A stretch of 64,000 bases of DNA from positions 64,001 to 128,000 of the forward strand of contig CBDVDR010000001.1 in assembly GCA_965372795.1 (NCBI GenBank), given 5' to 3'. Positions 19,929 to 30,110 of this stretch are shown piece after piece. This DNA comes from an uncultured bacterium. Its GTDB lineage: Bacteria; Zixibacteria; MSB-5A5; GN15; FEB-12. Made by a program: the position numbers and the translations under genes. Positions within the stretch are counted from its first letter, which is position 1; every line of letters starts with the position of its first letter. Under the pieces are notes generated by a model that searched no databases, was not told the origin of the DNA, and was given only the letters and a program-made list of their open reading frames with translations.

Positions 19929-19970
19929 AAAGCCGTTTTTTTAATTTTTGGAAAAGCGGCTTTCTTTTTT
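19929..19970 (+). terminator. Rho-independent terminator
   Basis: AAAGCCG...CGGCTTT stem followed by a T run. Confidence 0.7.
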
Positions 19971-20076
19971 CTTATAATTTTTTTAAAAATAACCATTTAG
20001 ACCCTTGCGCAAAAATTTTAAAATATTATCTTGGCGCCAAATTGAGATTATTAACTGCTTTTTATCGAGGTGAGCA

Positions 20077-21360
20077 ATGAACAATGTCAACACTGTTGAA
20101 CAAACAAATCTGGGGTTTTCTCAGGTCTCTGACAATGAAATTTTTGATAACGAAACCAACTTCGGGGCTCATCATTATGGCCGCTTGAAATTGGTCGTCC
20201 GCAAAGCCGAAGGATGCTGGCTCTATTCTATCGATGGTAAAAAATACCTCGATTGTCTCGCTGCCTACTCGGCTGCCAATCAGGGGCACTGCCATCCTAA
20301 AATTATTAACGCTTTAACTGATGCCTTAAAAAATTCTTATGCCTCAGTTATCTCCAATGTCGTCTATACTGATTCACTGGCTATCTTCTTAAAAAAATTA
20401 GCAACCTTAGTCCCGCAGCTCGGTCTTCGCTTTGGAGCCAATGGTAACAAAGTGCTCCCGAAAAATGGCGGTGTGGAATCGGTTGAAACCGCAATCAAAG
20501 CGATGCGTTATTTTGGTTACAAAGAAAAAGGCATCGAAGACGGTAAACAGGAAATTATTGTTTTTAACAATAACTTCCACGGCCGCATGATTACAGTTGT
20601 TTCTTTCTCCCCAAGTGAAAAATCAAAAACCGGTTTTGGTCCGCTTACCCCGGGTTTCAAAATGGTTGAATATGGTGATTTTGAAGCGGCTAAAAATGCC
20701 GTCAACGAAAACACCTGCGGTATCTTAATTGAGCCGATGCAGGGTGAAGGCGGGATGTTCATTCCACCGGCAGGATTCCTTGGCAAATTAAGAGAACTCG
20801 CTGATGAAAAGAATCTGATGCTTGTCTTTGATGAAATCCAGGTCGGCATGGGTCGTACCGGAAAAATGTTTGCCTTTGAACATGAAGACGTAATCCCTGA
20901 TGGAATTATTCTTGGTAAAGCTCTCTCCGGCGGTCTGGTTCCGTTATCTTGTTTTGTTACCAATTCAAAAATTATGGACATGGCTTTCCAGCCGGGTCGT
21001 GATGGTTCCACCTTTGGCGGTTACCCTCTTGCCTGTATTGCCGGCAACGCTGCTCTTGATGTTATCGTCGAAGACAAACTTGCCGAACGTTCTGCTGAGA
21101 TGGGTGCTATTCTCAAAAAGAAAATCGAAGAAATTGCCTCACGCTCCACTCATGTTAAAGAAGTTCGCGGTCGCGGCTTGTTTATCGGTATCGAAGTGAA
21201 AAACGGAGATGCTATGCATTTCTGTCGTCAGCTTCTGGAACTTGGCGTCATGGCTAATGACTCGCATGGTCATACCATCCGCATCTCTCCACCGCTGACA
21301 ATTACTGAAACTGAAATTGATTATATGGTCGAACGCCTCGAAAAAGTCCTCGTCGACTAA
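20077..21360 (+). CDS. rocD: Ornithine aminotransferase (class III PLP)
   Basis: YLDCLAAYSAANQGHCHP, NNFHGR, EPMQGEGG, DEIQVG, GKALSGG, GSTFGG. Confidence 0.85.
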   Translation: MNNVNTVEQTNLGFSQVSDNEIFDNETNFGAHHYGRLKLVVRKAEGCWLYSIDGKKYLDCLAAYSAANQGHCHPKIINALTDALKNSYASVISNVVYTDSLAIFLKKLATLVPQLGLRFGANGNKVLPKNGGVESVETAIKAMRYFGYKEKGIEDGKQEIIVFNNNFHGRMITVVSFSPSEKSKTGFGPLTPGFKMVEYGDFEAAKNAVNENTCGILIEPMQGEGGMFIPPAGFLGKLRELADEKNLMLVFDEIQVGMGRTGKMFAFEHEDVIPDGIILGKALSGGLVPLSCFVTNSKIMDMAFQPGRDGSTFGGYPLACIAGNAALDVIVEDKLAERSAEMGAILKKKIEEIASRSTHVKEVRGRGLFIGIEVKNGDAMHFCRQLLELGVMANDSHGHTIRISPPLTITETEIDYMVERLEKVLVD

Positions 21361-21420
21361 CTTCGTTAGCTTGATAACTTCGTTAGTTACTGACTTCCTT
21401 AGTTACTAACTTCGGCAGTT
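21358..21420 (+). repeat. Four degenerate tandem copies of TAACTTCGTTAG (16-17 bp period)
   Basis: Seen directly after the rocD stop; a single copy also at 43773. Confidence 0.75.
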
Positions 21421-21451
21421 TGATTATTAATTTAGATTTTATCTATAAATT

Positions 21452-21481
21452 AAAAGGGAACCACATCCGGTTCCCTTTTTT
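21452..21481. terminator. Bidirectional rho-independent terminator
   Basis: AAAAGGGAACC-ACATCC-GGTTCCCTTTTTT between convergent genes. Confidence 0.85.
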
Positions 21482-21509
21482 AAATTTATTATTATACATT
21501 TACTCTTCC

Positions 21510-21548
21510 GTAGGTCAGATATCTCTTGGCTTCGAGACCTGATCTATA
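21510..21548 (+). repeat. GTAG-initiated REP-like hairpin
   Basis: GTAGGTCAG...CTGATCTA imperfect palindrome. Confidence 0.5.
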
Positions 21549-21560
21549 CAGACAGCAATC

Positions 21561-21890
21561 TTACTTATACGGATTTGTTCTAAACTTTTCCTCTTCGGCA
21601 CACCCACAAACCGGTGCTGGCCCATTATTAAACATATAATCTACTAAATAATTAAAATCAAGAGTATCAACCTGACAATCATTATTGACATCTGCTTCTT
21701 TAAGGCACTCTGGTTTAACTCCAATCTGATTTACAAAATCCACCAAAAATGTTAAATCACTTATTCCAACCATTCCATCACTATTCACATTTCCTGCCAT
21801 TTTACAACAATTATTATCATTCAATGTACATGAATATATCGTTAGCAAAGAAACTAACATTATGACAACTATAACTGACTGCCGTTTCAA
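21561..21890 (-). CDS. Small lipoprotein with dockerin-like double Ca-binding repeat
   Basis: Lipobox-like IYSC; CC...GNVNSDGMVGISDLTFLVDF and EADVNNDCQVDTLDFNYLVDYMF...GPAPVC. Confidence 0.8.
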   Translation of the reverse strand: MKRQSVIVVIMLVSLLTIYSCTLNDNNCCKMAGNVNSDGMVGISDLTFLVDFVNQIGVKPECLKEADVNNDCQVDTLDFNYLVDYMFNNGPAPVCGCAEEEKFRTNPYK

Positions 21891-22069
21891 AATATTAAAA
21901 CTACTCCCACGATTAGCTGAACCATATTACATATCCCTGCTTTGATTTATCTAATTCAAATATAATATGAAATTGAAAATTAAAAAGGACTTTTTACACG
22001 AGATTTACAAACCCTTCTCATCGGGTGCCCCACTCCGCCAATGGCGGACGGTGGGATTAGTTATTAATT

Positions 22070-22113
22070 GTCGGGTTTCTCGATGCTTGAAGCATCATCG
22101 GAACCCTACCTAC
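22070..22113 (-). repeat. GTAG-type REP (family B)
   Basis: Near-identical to 37376..37419; ends in CTAC on the + strand. Confidence 0.85.
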
Positions 22114-22136
22114 AACTAAAATCAAACACACAAACC

Positions 22137-23039
22137 CTACGCCTTGCGCCAAACCGACCCCACATAAATCGCCCCAAGCGTCACCACCGCCCCGATAATT
22201 TGCACGAACAAAAGCTGTTCGGCAAAAAACAAAACTCCCCACACCGTTGCCAGAATCGGCTGAAGCAACAATGTTAATCCGCTCCTCGCTCCCTCAAGTT
22301 TCGGAATCGATGAAGATATCGCCCACCATCCAAGTGACTGGGCTACTAATGCCAATGAAAACAACACCGCCCAGCTATACCGGTCAGGAGGCATCATCGG
22401 AACCTGTTCGATCAATAAAATTATTCCGATAAAAAATGCCGTGAACATACTGACCCAGGCTAACAGCGTTATCGGGTGCGGCCGTTCGGTTTTCTCACCG
22501 GCAAATTTCAAAGTCACCAGATACATCGAATACACAGCTCCGGTCGCCAAACCGAATATTATTCCATCAATATACCTTTTTGTAAACTCTACTTCCGACC
22601 CGACCCCCACTAGTAAAGCTACCCCAACAATTGCAGTTAGTGCCGTTATAAAAAATATTAGTGAAGGCTTTTCTTTAAAGACAAAATAACTCAAAACAGC
22701 CGTTCCAAAAACCTGCGTGTTTCCTAAAATAGTAGACATCCCCGCCCCGCAATAGATAATCGAACGATGCCAGAAAAAAAGATCCAGAGCAAACACAAAC
22801 CCGGCTATCATTGAAAGTAATACCATCAATTTTGAAATCTTTAAAGAATGCCTGGCAACAATCGACCAGGTAAATAAAATCAATGCTCCAATCGCAACCC
22901 GCCAAAATCCAATCGCAGTCGGACCGAGTAAATCCAGATTGATCATCTTCACAAACACCGGCGCAAAACTGATGCAGAGCGCTCCAAAAAGAAGGAGAAC
23001 TATTGGTGGTATTTTTTCTGTAGGTAATTTATTTTCCAT
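22137..23039 (-). CDS. DMT/EamA family transporter
   Basis: About 10 TM helices, two EamA repeats, LLQPILA...FFAEQL. Confidence 0.9.
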   Translation of the reverse strand: MENKLPTEKIPPIVLLLFGALCISFAPVFVKMINLDLLGPTAIGFWRVAIGALILFTWSIVARHSLKISKLMVLLSMIAGFVFALDLFFWHRSIIYCGAGMSTILGNTQVFGTAVLSYFVFKEKPSLIFFITALTAIVGVALLVGVGSEVEFTKRYIDGIIFGLATGAVYSMYLVTLKFAGEKTERPHPITLLAWVSMFTAFFIGIILLIEQVPMMPPDRYSWAVLFSLALVAQSLGWWAISSSIPKLEGARSGLTLLLQPILATVWGVLFFAEQLLFVQIIGAVVTLGAIYVGSVWRKA

Positions 23040-23067
23040 AAGTATAAAAACAGGCTATGCCTGTCAC

Positions 23068-24285
23068 CTAGTATTCTTGCCAGCGGTAATCAGCAAGAAC
23101 AATTAAAGCTATCAGCGACCACGACATCACCAGCGAAGTCCCGCCATAACTTAAAAACGGCAGAGCTAATCCGGTCACTGGCATAAACCCGAGGGTCATT
23201 CCTATATTTACAAAAAACTGAAACAGTAAAATGAATGCCGCACCCATAACAAGATTGGATGCAAACTTTGACCGGCTCCTTGAAGCGATCATTACTGCCC
23301 GGTAGAAAATATATCCAAACAGGAATAACACAATCAAGCTCCCCCAGAATCCGAATTCTTCACCTAAGACTGAAAATATAAAATCGGTATGACTTTCCGG
23401 TAAAAATTCAAGTCGGGTTTGGGATCCTTCAAGCATCCCTTTGCCAAGGACTCCGCCCGAACCGATTGCGATTTTGGATTGGATTATTTGATATCCGGCA
23501 CCTCGCGGGTCTCGCCCTGGATCAAGAAAAGTCAGGATGCGTGATTTTTGATAATCTGCCAGCCGATTCCAGAGAAACGGCGTTATCGTTCCAAAAGCTA
23601 AATTCCCTATTACAACAACTATGCTGAATAACATCCCCGGTCGGATTAAAGCAAGCATGACTAAAAGAACAACCAGATAAATTATCCAGGCAATCCAATG
23701 CGAGGCTGCGATAAGTGAGACCAGCGGTGAAAGGATCAAAACCAAATACCACGGTGACAGCCCTGACCAAAACCATAAACCGAATAATATTATCGGAAAA
23801 ACCATCGAGGTTCCAAGATCAGGTTGTTTAAGTATCAGAAGCATCGGAATAATTGTTAAAATTGCCGATATAGCAAGTCGCCGTTTGGATGCGACCGGAA
23901 GTTTGGTATATGCTAAAAAACGAGCCAGAGTAAATAACAATGCAAGTTTCGCAATATCTGACGGTGCCAGATTCATTGGACCAAACGAAAGCCATCTGGT
24001 TGCCCCCATTTTTGAAGATCCGATAAAAAGAACCAGAATCAATAATATTAATGAAATACCATATAACAGGTAGGCTGAAAAATCAAAAAGTTTTATCGGA
24101 AGATGAATTATTACCGCGAAAATAACAAAAGCAAACAGGAACCAATATATCTGTCTCTGAAAATAGTTTCGCATGAACTCGCTGTCAGCACCCTGTTGTG
24201 ATGAAAATATCAACATAATGCCGACCAAAGACAGCATTACAACTGCGCTAATTAATTTCCAGTCGAGATCACGATAATTAAGCAT
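23068..24285 (-). CDS. rodA: Rod shape-determining protein RodA
   Basis: GATRW, QPDLGT, GYQIIQSKIAIGSGG, LPESHTDFIF, SYGGTS. Confidence 0.96.
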   Translation of the reverse strand: MLNYRDLDWKLISAVVMLSLVGIMLIFSSQQGADSEFMRNYFQRQIYWFLFAFVIFAVIIHLPIKLFDFSAYLLYGISLILLILVLFIGSSKMGATRWLSFGPMNLAPSDIAKLALLFTLARFLAYTKLPVASKRRLAISAILTIIPMLLILKQPDLGTSMVFPIILFGLWFWSGLSPWYLVLILSPLVSLIAASHWIAWIIYLVVLLVMLALIRPGMLFSIVVVIGNLAFGTITPFLWNRLADYQKSRILTFLDPGRDPRGAGYQIIQSKIAIGSGGVLGKGMLEGSQTRLEFLPESHTDFIFSVLGEEFGFWGSLIVLFLFGYIFYRAVMIASRSRSKFASNLVMGAAFILLFQFFVNIGMTLGFMPVTGLALPFLSYGGTSLVMSWSLIALIVLADYRWQEY

Positions 24286-26096
24286 TAATCTACATCTTCT
24301 ACATTAACGGTGGCAACTCCATCAAGCAGGAGTTTCTTTTCCATAAATATCTTGATAATCTTTCCAACAATCGGGGCGGCAACATCAGATCCATGTCCCG
24401 AATTTTCAACAATGGCCGCAACAACAATCTCGGTATTTTCAAGGGAAGCAACTCCCACAAACCAGGAATGGTTTTCACCATGAGGGTTTTCAGCCGTTCC
24501 GGTTTTCCCGCCGACAGTGTAATATTTATTTTTTAATCTTCGCGCTGTTCCTTTTTCACCTTCAACAACCAGAGTTAAACCTTCCATCAGAATCTCAAGA
24601 GTTTTTTTTGAAAATGGTAGTTGAAAAGAAATAGTCGGTTCCGTTTCCTGTATCTGTTTGTCCGGATAATTTACTTTTTTTATTAAATGAGGACGATATA
24701 CGACCCCGTCATTTACCAGACCACAAAAAAACTGGGCTAATTGAATAACATTGACAAGAAGCTCACCTTGACCAATCGAATTATTCAACACTAAGCCAGT
24801 GGTCCATTTCCTTTTTCCATATCGCTTATCATAGTATGTTGTATTTGGATTTAGTCCTTGCGATTCCCGAGGCAAATCCACTCCGGTAGTTTTTCCAAAT
24901 CCGCAAAGATCAAAATAGCGGCTCAAACCATCAATCCCCAACTTCAAACCTAACTGATAAAAATACACATCACAGGATTGTTCAATCGCATGAACACTGT
25001 TTAATTTTCCATGCCCACTTTCAAGCCAGCATCTGAAAAAACGATTCCCGAATTGATAACCACCGATACAACTGCTGAAAGTTGTATTAATATTGACTAT
25101 TCCTTCCTCTAAGCCGGCACCCAAAGTGATAAATTTTGTGGTAGAACCGGGTGGATATAATCCGTTCAGCGGCCGGTTTAATAAAGGATGCGTGCTGTCG
25201 GTAGTAATTGACTGCCAGAGGCTTTCAGGTATCACTGAAGAAAATATATTTGCATCATAGCCAGGGTAAGAAATCAAAGCCAATATTTCTCCGTTGCGAG
25301 GATCAATGGCAATTATTGTCCCGCAACAAAAAGTATCCAAGGCTTGAGTACAGGCATTCTGAATATCATTATCAATAGTTAAGACCAGATCCGCCCCGGG
25401 AATCGCCGGGTCTGTTTCCTTCTTTTCATATTTCCCAATATTTTGTCCTGAGGCAGTAACCTCAACGTAATCAGTCCCTTCAAATCCCCTAAGCAAAATA
25501 TCGTACTGTTTCTCAATTCCTTTTTTACCGATGACACTTCCCAAACGATAATTGACAGCACTCGTTTTTAATTCATTTTCAGAGACTTCACCGACATATC
25601 CAGTAAATGATTCCGCGCTTAAATCATTATCATATTTCCGAACCCGTTCCATTTGATAAGTTATGCCCGGGAAAAGAGAATTCTGTTCTTCCAAAATTGC
25701 AATTGTTTCAAATGACACATCCCGTTTGACCGGAGTTGGTTGATAACGATTAACCATATTTTTACGGATACGTTTGCGAATCATTGTTGTATCCATTTTC
25801 AAAAGTTCTGCCAGGGCGGGAACGGTTACCCCTTTGACTTCCTCGGTTGGAACAACGGAGACAGTATAAGACGGACGGTTATCAATGATGATTTTTCCTT
25901 CACGATCAAGGACTCTGCCCCGTCGTGGAATAATCGGGACCACTCTTAAGCGGTTTGTTTCTGACTTTAATAAAAGTTCTGAATGCTGTATTACCTGCAG
26001 ATTAAACAGTCCGGCAATAAGCACAATAAAAATTATGCCGACGGCAACAAAACTTACAAAGCGTCGACGGTCAATAGAAAGCTTGAATTGATCCAT
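24285..26096 (-). CDS. mrdA: Penicillin-binding protein 2
   Basis: YPPGSTTK (SxxK), SCD, KTGTAE motifs. Confidence 0.95.
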   Translation of the reverse strand: MDQFKLSIDRRRFVSFVAVGIIFIVLIAGLFNLQVIQHSELLLKSETNRLRVVPIIPRRGRVLDREGKIIIDNRPSYTVSVVPTEEVKGVTVPALAELLKMDTTMIRKRIRKNMVNRYQPTPVKRDVSFETIAILEEQNSLFPGITYQMERVRKYDNDLSAESFTGYVGEVSENELKTSAVNYRLGSVIGKKGIEKQYDILLRGFEGTDYVEVTASGQNIGKYEKKETDPAIPGADLVLTIDNDIQNACTQALDTFCCGTIIAIDPRNGEILALISYPGYDANIFSSVIPESLWQSITTDSTHPLLNRPLNGLYPPGSTTKFITLGAGLEEGIVNINTTFSSCIGGYQFGNRFFRCWLESGHGKLNSVHAIEQSCDVYFYQLGLKLGIDGLSRYFDLCGFGKTTGVDLPRESQGLNPNTTYYDKRYGKRKWTTGLVLNNSIGQGELLVNVIQLAQFFCGLVNDGVVYRPHLIKKVNYPDKQIQETEPTISFQLPFSKKTLEILMEGLTLVVEGEKGTARRLKNKYYTVGGKTGTAENPHGENHSWFVGVASLENTEIVVAAIVENSGHGSDVAAPIVGKIIKIFMEKKLLLDGVATVNVEDVD

Positions 26097-26100
26097 AATT

Positions 26101-26589
26101 TTAAAATATCGTTTTAAACCGCTTATAAGTTATCTTGCCATCCTTGATCAAAAAGAACAGCCAGACGATTAACATAGAATAAATCGCTCCCAAAATAGCA
26201 TTTGTTCCCAGAAGAATCCAAAAACCATCGGTTCGATAAAGAAGAAGCGTTAAAATGTTTGAGATAAAAACACCAAAGGCAACAACCAGGACTCTTGAAA
26301 AAATAGATTCTAAATTTAATTTCTGGCAGATATTATAACTTAAAATCGCAAGAGTGGCATAGACTAATCCCTGCCAACCCATCAAACCCGGTTCAGCTAC
26401 CGCAACTACCACACCAGCTAAAAAAGCAAACCATACAACCGTTAATTCTGATTTATACAAAGTTAATATAAGAACAATAATTATCGGCAGATTAATTGAG
26501 GCAGTATAAATCTGCGTTAAGTCTTTGAGCATGACCTGATGTAAGCCGATCAATAAAAAATAAAGCAGATAAGGAATATATTTTATCAT
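26101..26589 (-). CDS. mreD: MreD-like membrane protein
   Basis: 162-aa polytopic protein between mreC and mrdA. Confidence 0.75.
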   Translation of the reverse strand: MIKYIPYLLYFLLIGLHQVMLKDLTQIYTASINLPIIIVLILTLYKSELTVVWFAFLAGVVVAVAEPGLMGWQGLVYATLAILSYNICQKLNLESIFSRVLVVAFGVFISNILTLLLYRTDGFWILLGTNAILGAIYSMLIVWLFFLIKDGKITYKRFKTIF

Positions 26590-27377
26590 TATAGCCTTGG
26601 TCTCAAAATAAAAATTTCTTCTACTGAGTAAAAATTAACCGAAGCCTCAACCTTAACTCCGCAGAATGGTTCTTCTTCGGGTCTGATAACTTCACTGACC
26701 AAAGCAACATTTAAACCGGAAGGATAGATTCCGCCAAGGCCCGAAGTAACAATTGTATCACCAATAGCAATTTCGCTTTGAATCGGAAGATTTTTTAAAA
26801 TCATTCTATCTTTAATGTTGAATTCAACAATTCCCATATCACGATTTTTAGCTACCCGAACAGCTACTTTATTAGCCGGATGAGTTAATAGCTGAACTGT
26901 TGAAAAATTGTAAGAGACAGCCGTAATTTTCCCTATCAACCCCTCCTGATTGACAACGACCTGATTCAATATTACCGAGTCACGACTGCCTTTATTGATC
27001 GTTACCAATATTGGGACAATATCTGAAGTAACCGAAATTACCTTTGCGGGAAGCAGCCTATACTCGGGAGGAGCTGCAAAACCTAAGACCTCGCGAAACC
27101 TCTCATTCTCCCGAACGGTTTCTTCGAAGGATGAAATTTTGATTGAAGTTTCAACCAGCGCTTCTTTTAATTGGTCATTTTCAAGTGCAATATCCATCAT
27201 ACTTTCGTATTTATGACGAACATTCGAAAAAGGATAATAAAAACCGGTGAAGACGACTTGGCTTACTATGCCTCTAAAAAAATCTCCTCCGCCAATTAAT
27301 AAAATAGATATAATTAATATAATCCCCAAATTTATATTTCGCCATTGTTTGGGGAATAAAGATGAAAGCCAACTCAT
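26589..27377 (-). CDS. mreC: Rod shape-determining protein MreC
   Basis: TM helix, coiled coil, INKGSRD, GDTIVTSGLGGIYPSGL. Confidence 0.93.
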   Translation of the reverse strand: MSWLSSLFPKQWRNINLGIILIISILLIGGGDFFRGIVSQVVFTGFYYPFSNVRHKYESMMDIALENDQLKEALVETSIKISSFEETVRENERFREVLGFAAPPEYRLLPAKVISVTSDIVPILVTINKGSRDSVILNQVVVNQEGLIGKITAVSYNFSTVQLLTHPANKVAVRVAKNRDMGIVEFNIKDRMILKNLPIQSEIAIGDTIVTSGLGGIYPSGLNVALVSEVIRPEEEPFCGVKVEASVNFYSVEEIFILRPRL

Positions 27378-27406
27378 AATTATACTGCATCCATGCAGAA
27401 AGGTTA

Positions 27407-27859
27407 TTATTCTACATTATCTATTAGTTCTAAAACATCTCCGGGAGAAGAAACGGCAAGTAATTTTTTACGATTTTCTTCTGATTTCATTAAATAAGAC
27501 AATCTCGCCATGACATTCAAGTGAGCGCCTATTGCATCTTCTGGAGCAGCGATCAAAAAGAAAAGATTTACCGGCTTATGATCCATCGCATCAAAATCAA
27601 TCCCATTCTCTGAACGACCAAAAGCAATCACGATTCCTTTTACAGATTTTGTTTTTGCATGTGGAAATGCAACCCCGTAGCCGACGCCGGTTGTCACCAG
27701 ATCTTCACGTTCTTTAATGTCAGTTAACAACATCTCTTTATTATTGACCATGTTTGATGAAGCGACTAACTCTACCAGCTCATCAATTGCTTCGCTTTTG
27801 TTGGTAGCGCTAAGATCAAATTTAACTAATGTTTCATCGCAAAATTTTGATAATTTCAT
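27407..27859 (-). CDS. PTS IIA (Ntr/Fru-type) protein
   Basis: REDLVTTGVGYGVAFPHA phospho-His motif. Confidence 0.92.
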   Translation of the reverse strand: MKLSKFCDETLVKFDLSATNKSEAIDELVELVASSNMVNNKEMLLTDIKEREDLVTTGVGYGVAFPHAKTKSVKGIVIAFGRSENGIDFDAMDHKPVNLFFLIAAPEDAIGAHLNVMARLSYLMKSEENRKKLLAVSSPGDVLELIDNVE

Positions 27860-27870
27860 TTTTCTCCGCC

Positions 27871-28038
27871 TTATATTTTTTCCGCTTCATCTAATAATAG
27901 TACCGGAATATTATCAGTTATTCGGTACGATAGATGACACTTTTCACAATTCAACAGCTCTTCCTTTTCAATGTAATCAAGTTTTGATTTACACTGAGGA
28001 CAAACCAGCTTTTCGAGTAATTTCTCGCATAATGACAT
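27871..28038 (-). CDS. Trm112/YcaR family protein (55 aa, below ORF-track cutoff)
   Basis: Manual translation MSLCEKLLEKLVCPQCKSKLDYIEKEELLNCEKCHLSYRITDNIPVLLLDEAEKI; fills the gap between accA and PTS IIA. Confidence 0.9.
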   Translation of the reverse strand: MSLCEKLLEKLVCPQCKSKLDYIEKEELLNCEKCHLSYRITDNIPVLLLDEAEKI

Positions 28039-28049
28039 ATTACTTCAAC

Positions 28050-29009
28050 CTATTCTTCAAAATCGCCCATTTTTCTATATTTCTTTAATCTCGCAATTAA
28101 TAATTGATCAATGGGCATCTTTTTTAATTTTTCTAGTTCGATTAGAATCTCTTTTTTCATTGATGCTGCGACTACGGCATGATCTGTATGGGCTCCGTTT
28201 GGCGGCTCTGGAATGACTTTGTCAATGATATTAAGATCAACCAGATCACTGGATGTCACCTTTAGAGCTTCGGCAGCTTCAGGAGCCTTAACTGCATCTC
28301 GCCAAAGAATCGCAGCACAACCCTCAGGCGAAATAACTGAATACCAGGCATATTCAAGCATCATCACACAATCGCCAATACCGATACCCAGAGCCCCTCC
28401 AGAAGCACCTTCGCCAATAATGACAATAACGATTGGAACCCTTAAATTGAACATCTCACGAATATTTTTAGCGATAGCTTCCGCCTGCCCTCGTTCTTCG
28501 GCGCCTATTCCCGGGAACGCACCCGGAGTATCAATTAGAATTATAATTGGTAGGCTAAATTTCTCAGCCATCTTAAATAATCTTAATGCTTTTCGATATC
28601 CCTCAGGATGCATCATTCCAAAATTTCGGTACAACTTATCTTTTGTGTCTCTGCCCTTTTGTTGTCCGATAACCATCACTGGCTGATCATCCAAATTTGC
28701 AAACCCGGCAACAATCGCATGGTCATCACCAAACCCGCGATCACCGTGCAACTCGATAAAATCGGTTGTCATGTGTTTGATGTAATCAAGAGTATATGGT
28801 CGCTTGGGATGTCTTGAAAGTTGAACTTTTTGCCAACGTGATAAATTTGAATAAATTTCTTTACGCAATTTATCGAGCTTTTTGTTCATTGATGCAATTT
28901 CATTCGACAACTCTATATTTTCTCCGACTGCAAAATCTTTCATGTCAGAGATTTTCTTCTCAAGCTCTATAATTGGTTTTTCAAATTCTAAATTTTGAAG
29001 TTCACTCAT
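28050..29009 (-). CDS. accA: Acetyl-CoA carboxylase carboxyltransferase alpha
   Basis: RHPKRP, ELHGDR, GYRKALR, DTPGA, SVISPEGCAAILW. Confidence 0.97.
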   Translation of the reverse strand: MSELQNLEFEKPIIELEKKISDMKDFAVGENIELSNEIASMNKKLDKLRKEIYSNLSRWQKVQLSRHPKRPYTLDYIKHMTTDFIELHGDRGFGDDHAIVAGFANLDDQPVMVIGQQKGRDTKDKLYRNFGMMHPEGYRKALRLFKMAEKFSLPIIILIDTPGAFPGIGAEERGQAEAIAKNIREMFNLRVPIVIVIIGEGASGGALGIGIGDCVMMLEYAWYSVISPEGCAAILWRDAVKAPEAAEALKVTSSDLVDLNIIDKVIPEPPNGAHTDHAVVAASMKKEILIELEKLKKMPIDQLLIARLKKYRKMGDFEE

Positions 29010-29027
29010 AAAATAATACTATCTCTT

Positions 29028-30101
29028 TTATCCTTTTAAGTTCCTTCGATTATTTTTAATTCGACCGGGAACAATATTGGTAATTATAATAAAGAATATA
29101 GCGAAAATTACAACCATAAAAAAGACCAGACATCCAAAGACTATCAGTCTGTCCCAGAAAAACATAGCCAGCGCAAAACAGCCAAAAACAACCGCCAGGG
29201 AATAAAATATTGTAACCGTCTGTTTTGGGGAAAAACCGGCTAAGGCAAGAAAATGGAATAAATGCCGTCTATCTGCCCCAAGTACATTTTTACCCGTTAT
29301 TAACCGTCTGACAAAGGAAGAAACTGACTCAAGGATCGGTACCGCTAAAACCAATAATGGAATAAACAAAGCCGATACGGTATATGACTTTAAAGGGAAT
29401 ATCAGCGACACAACCGCAAAATAATACCCGATCTGCATCGACCCGGAGTCTCCCAAAAATATACGCGCAGGATATCGATTAAAATAGAGGAATACAGAAA
29501 GAAATCCGATCAAACCTGCTATAAATATCTGAATTTCAACAACTTGATAAAGAATACTTATTATCAAAAGGGTGACTGCACCGATAAGTGAGACTCCCGA
29601 AGCAAGCCCATCAAGGCCATCGATCAGGTTTATCGAGTTGGTCAGCATAACCACCCAGATAACCGTTATAAACACTGAAAACCAGCTCATTTCAACTGAC
29701 CCGAAAGGAGTTGACAAAAATTCTACCTGTAAACCGGAAAAAAACAGTACCAACCCTGCAGAAATCTGTGCCGCCAATTTGACCCAGGCAGCAAGAGGCG
29801 TGAGATCATCGGCGATCCCTACCAGCAGAATAATCAAAGCTCCCATAAATATATAGATAATCGAATCTGATAATTGAGTATTCAAATTTTCAAAAAACAA
29901 TAATGCGACAAAAACTGTCATCCAAAAAGTTATAAACAATGCCACCCCGCCAAATATCGGCATTGGCTTTTTATGCCGTTTATGCTTTCCCGGAAAATCC
30001 AATAACGAATATTTGTGGCACAATTTAATTACAAGGGGGATTATAAATATCGCGCTGATCGAGCTTATTAAAATTCCTGATAATATCTGAATATAGTTCA
30101 T
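29028..30101 (-). CDS. Undecaprenyl-phosphate GlcNAc-1-phosphate transferase (WecA/TagO-like)
   Basis: GIADD, NSINLIDGLDGLA, IFLGDSGS, DRRHLFH. Confidence 0.9.
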   Translation of the reverse strand: MNYIQILSGILISSISAIFIIPLVIKLCHKYSLLDFPGKHKRHKKPMPIFGGVALFITFWMTVFVALLFFENLNTQLSDSIIYIFMGALIILLVGIADDLTPLAAWVKLAAQISAGLVLFFSGLQVEFLSTPFGSVEMSWFSVFITVIWVVMLTNSINLIDGLDGLASGVSLIGAVTLLIISILYQVVEIQIFIAGLIGFLSVFLYFNRYPARIFLGDSGSMQIGYYFAVVSLIFPLKSYTVSALFIPLLVLAVPILESVSSFVRRLITGKNVLGADRRHLFHFLALAGFSPKQTVTIFYSLAVVFGCFALAMFFWDRLIVFGCLVFFMVVIFAIFFIIITNIVPGRIKNNRRNLKG

Positions 30102-30110
30102 AGTTTTCCT

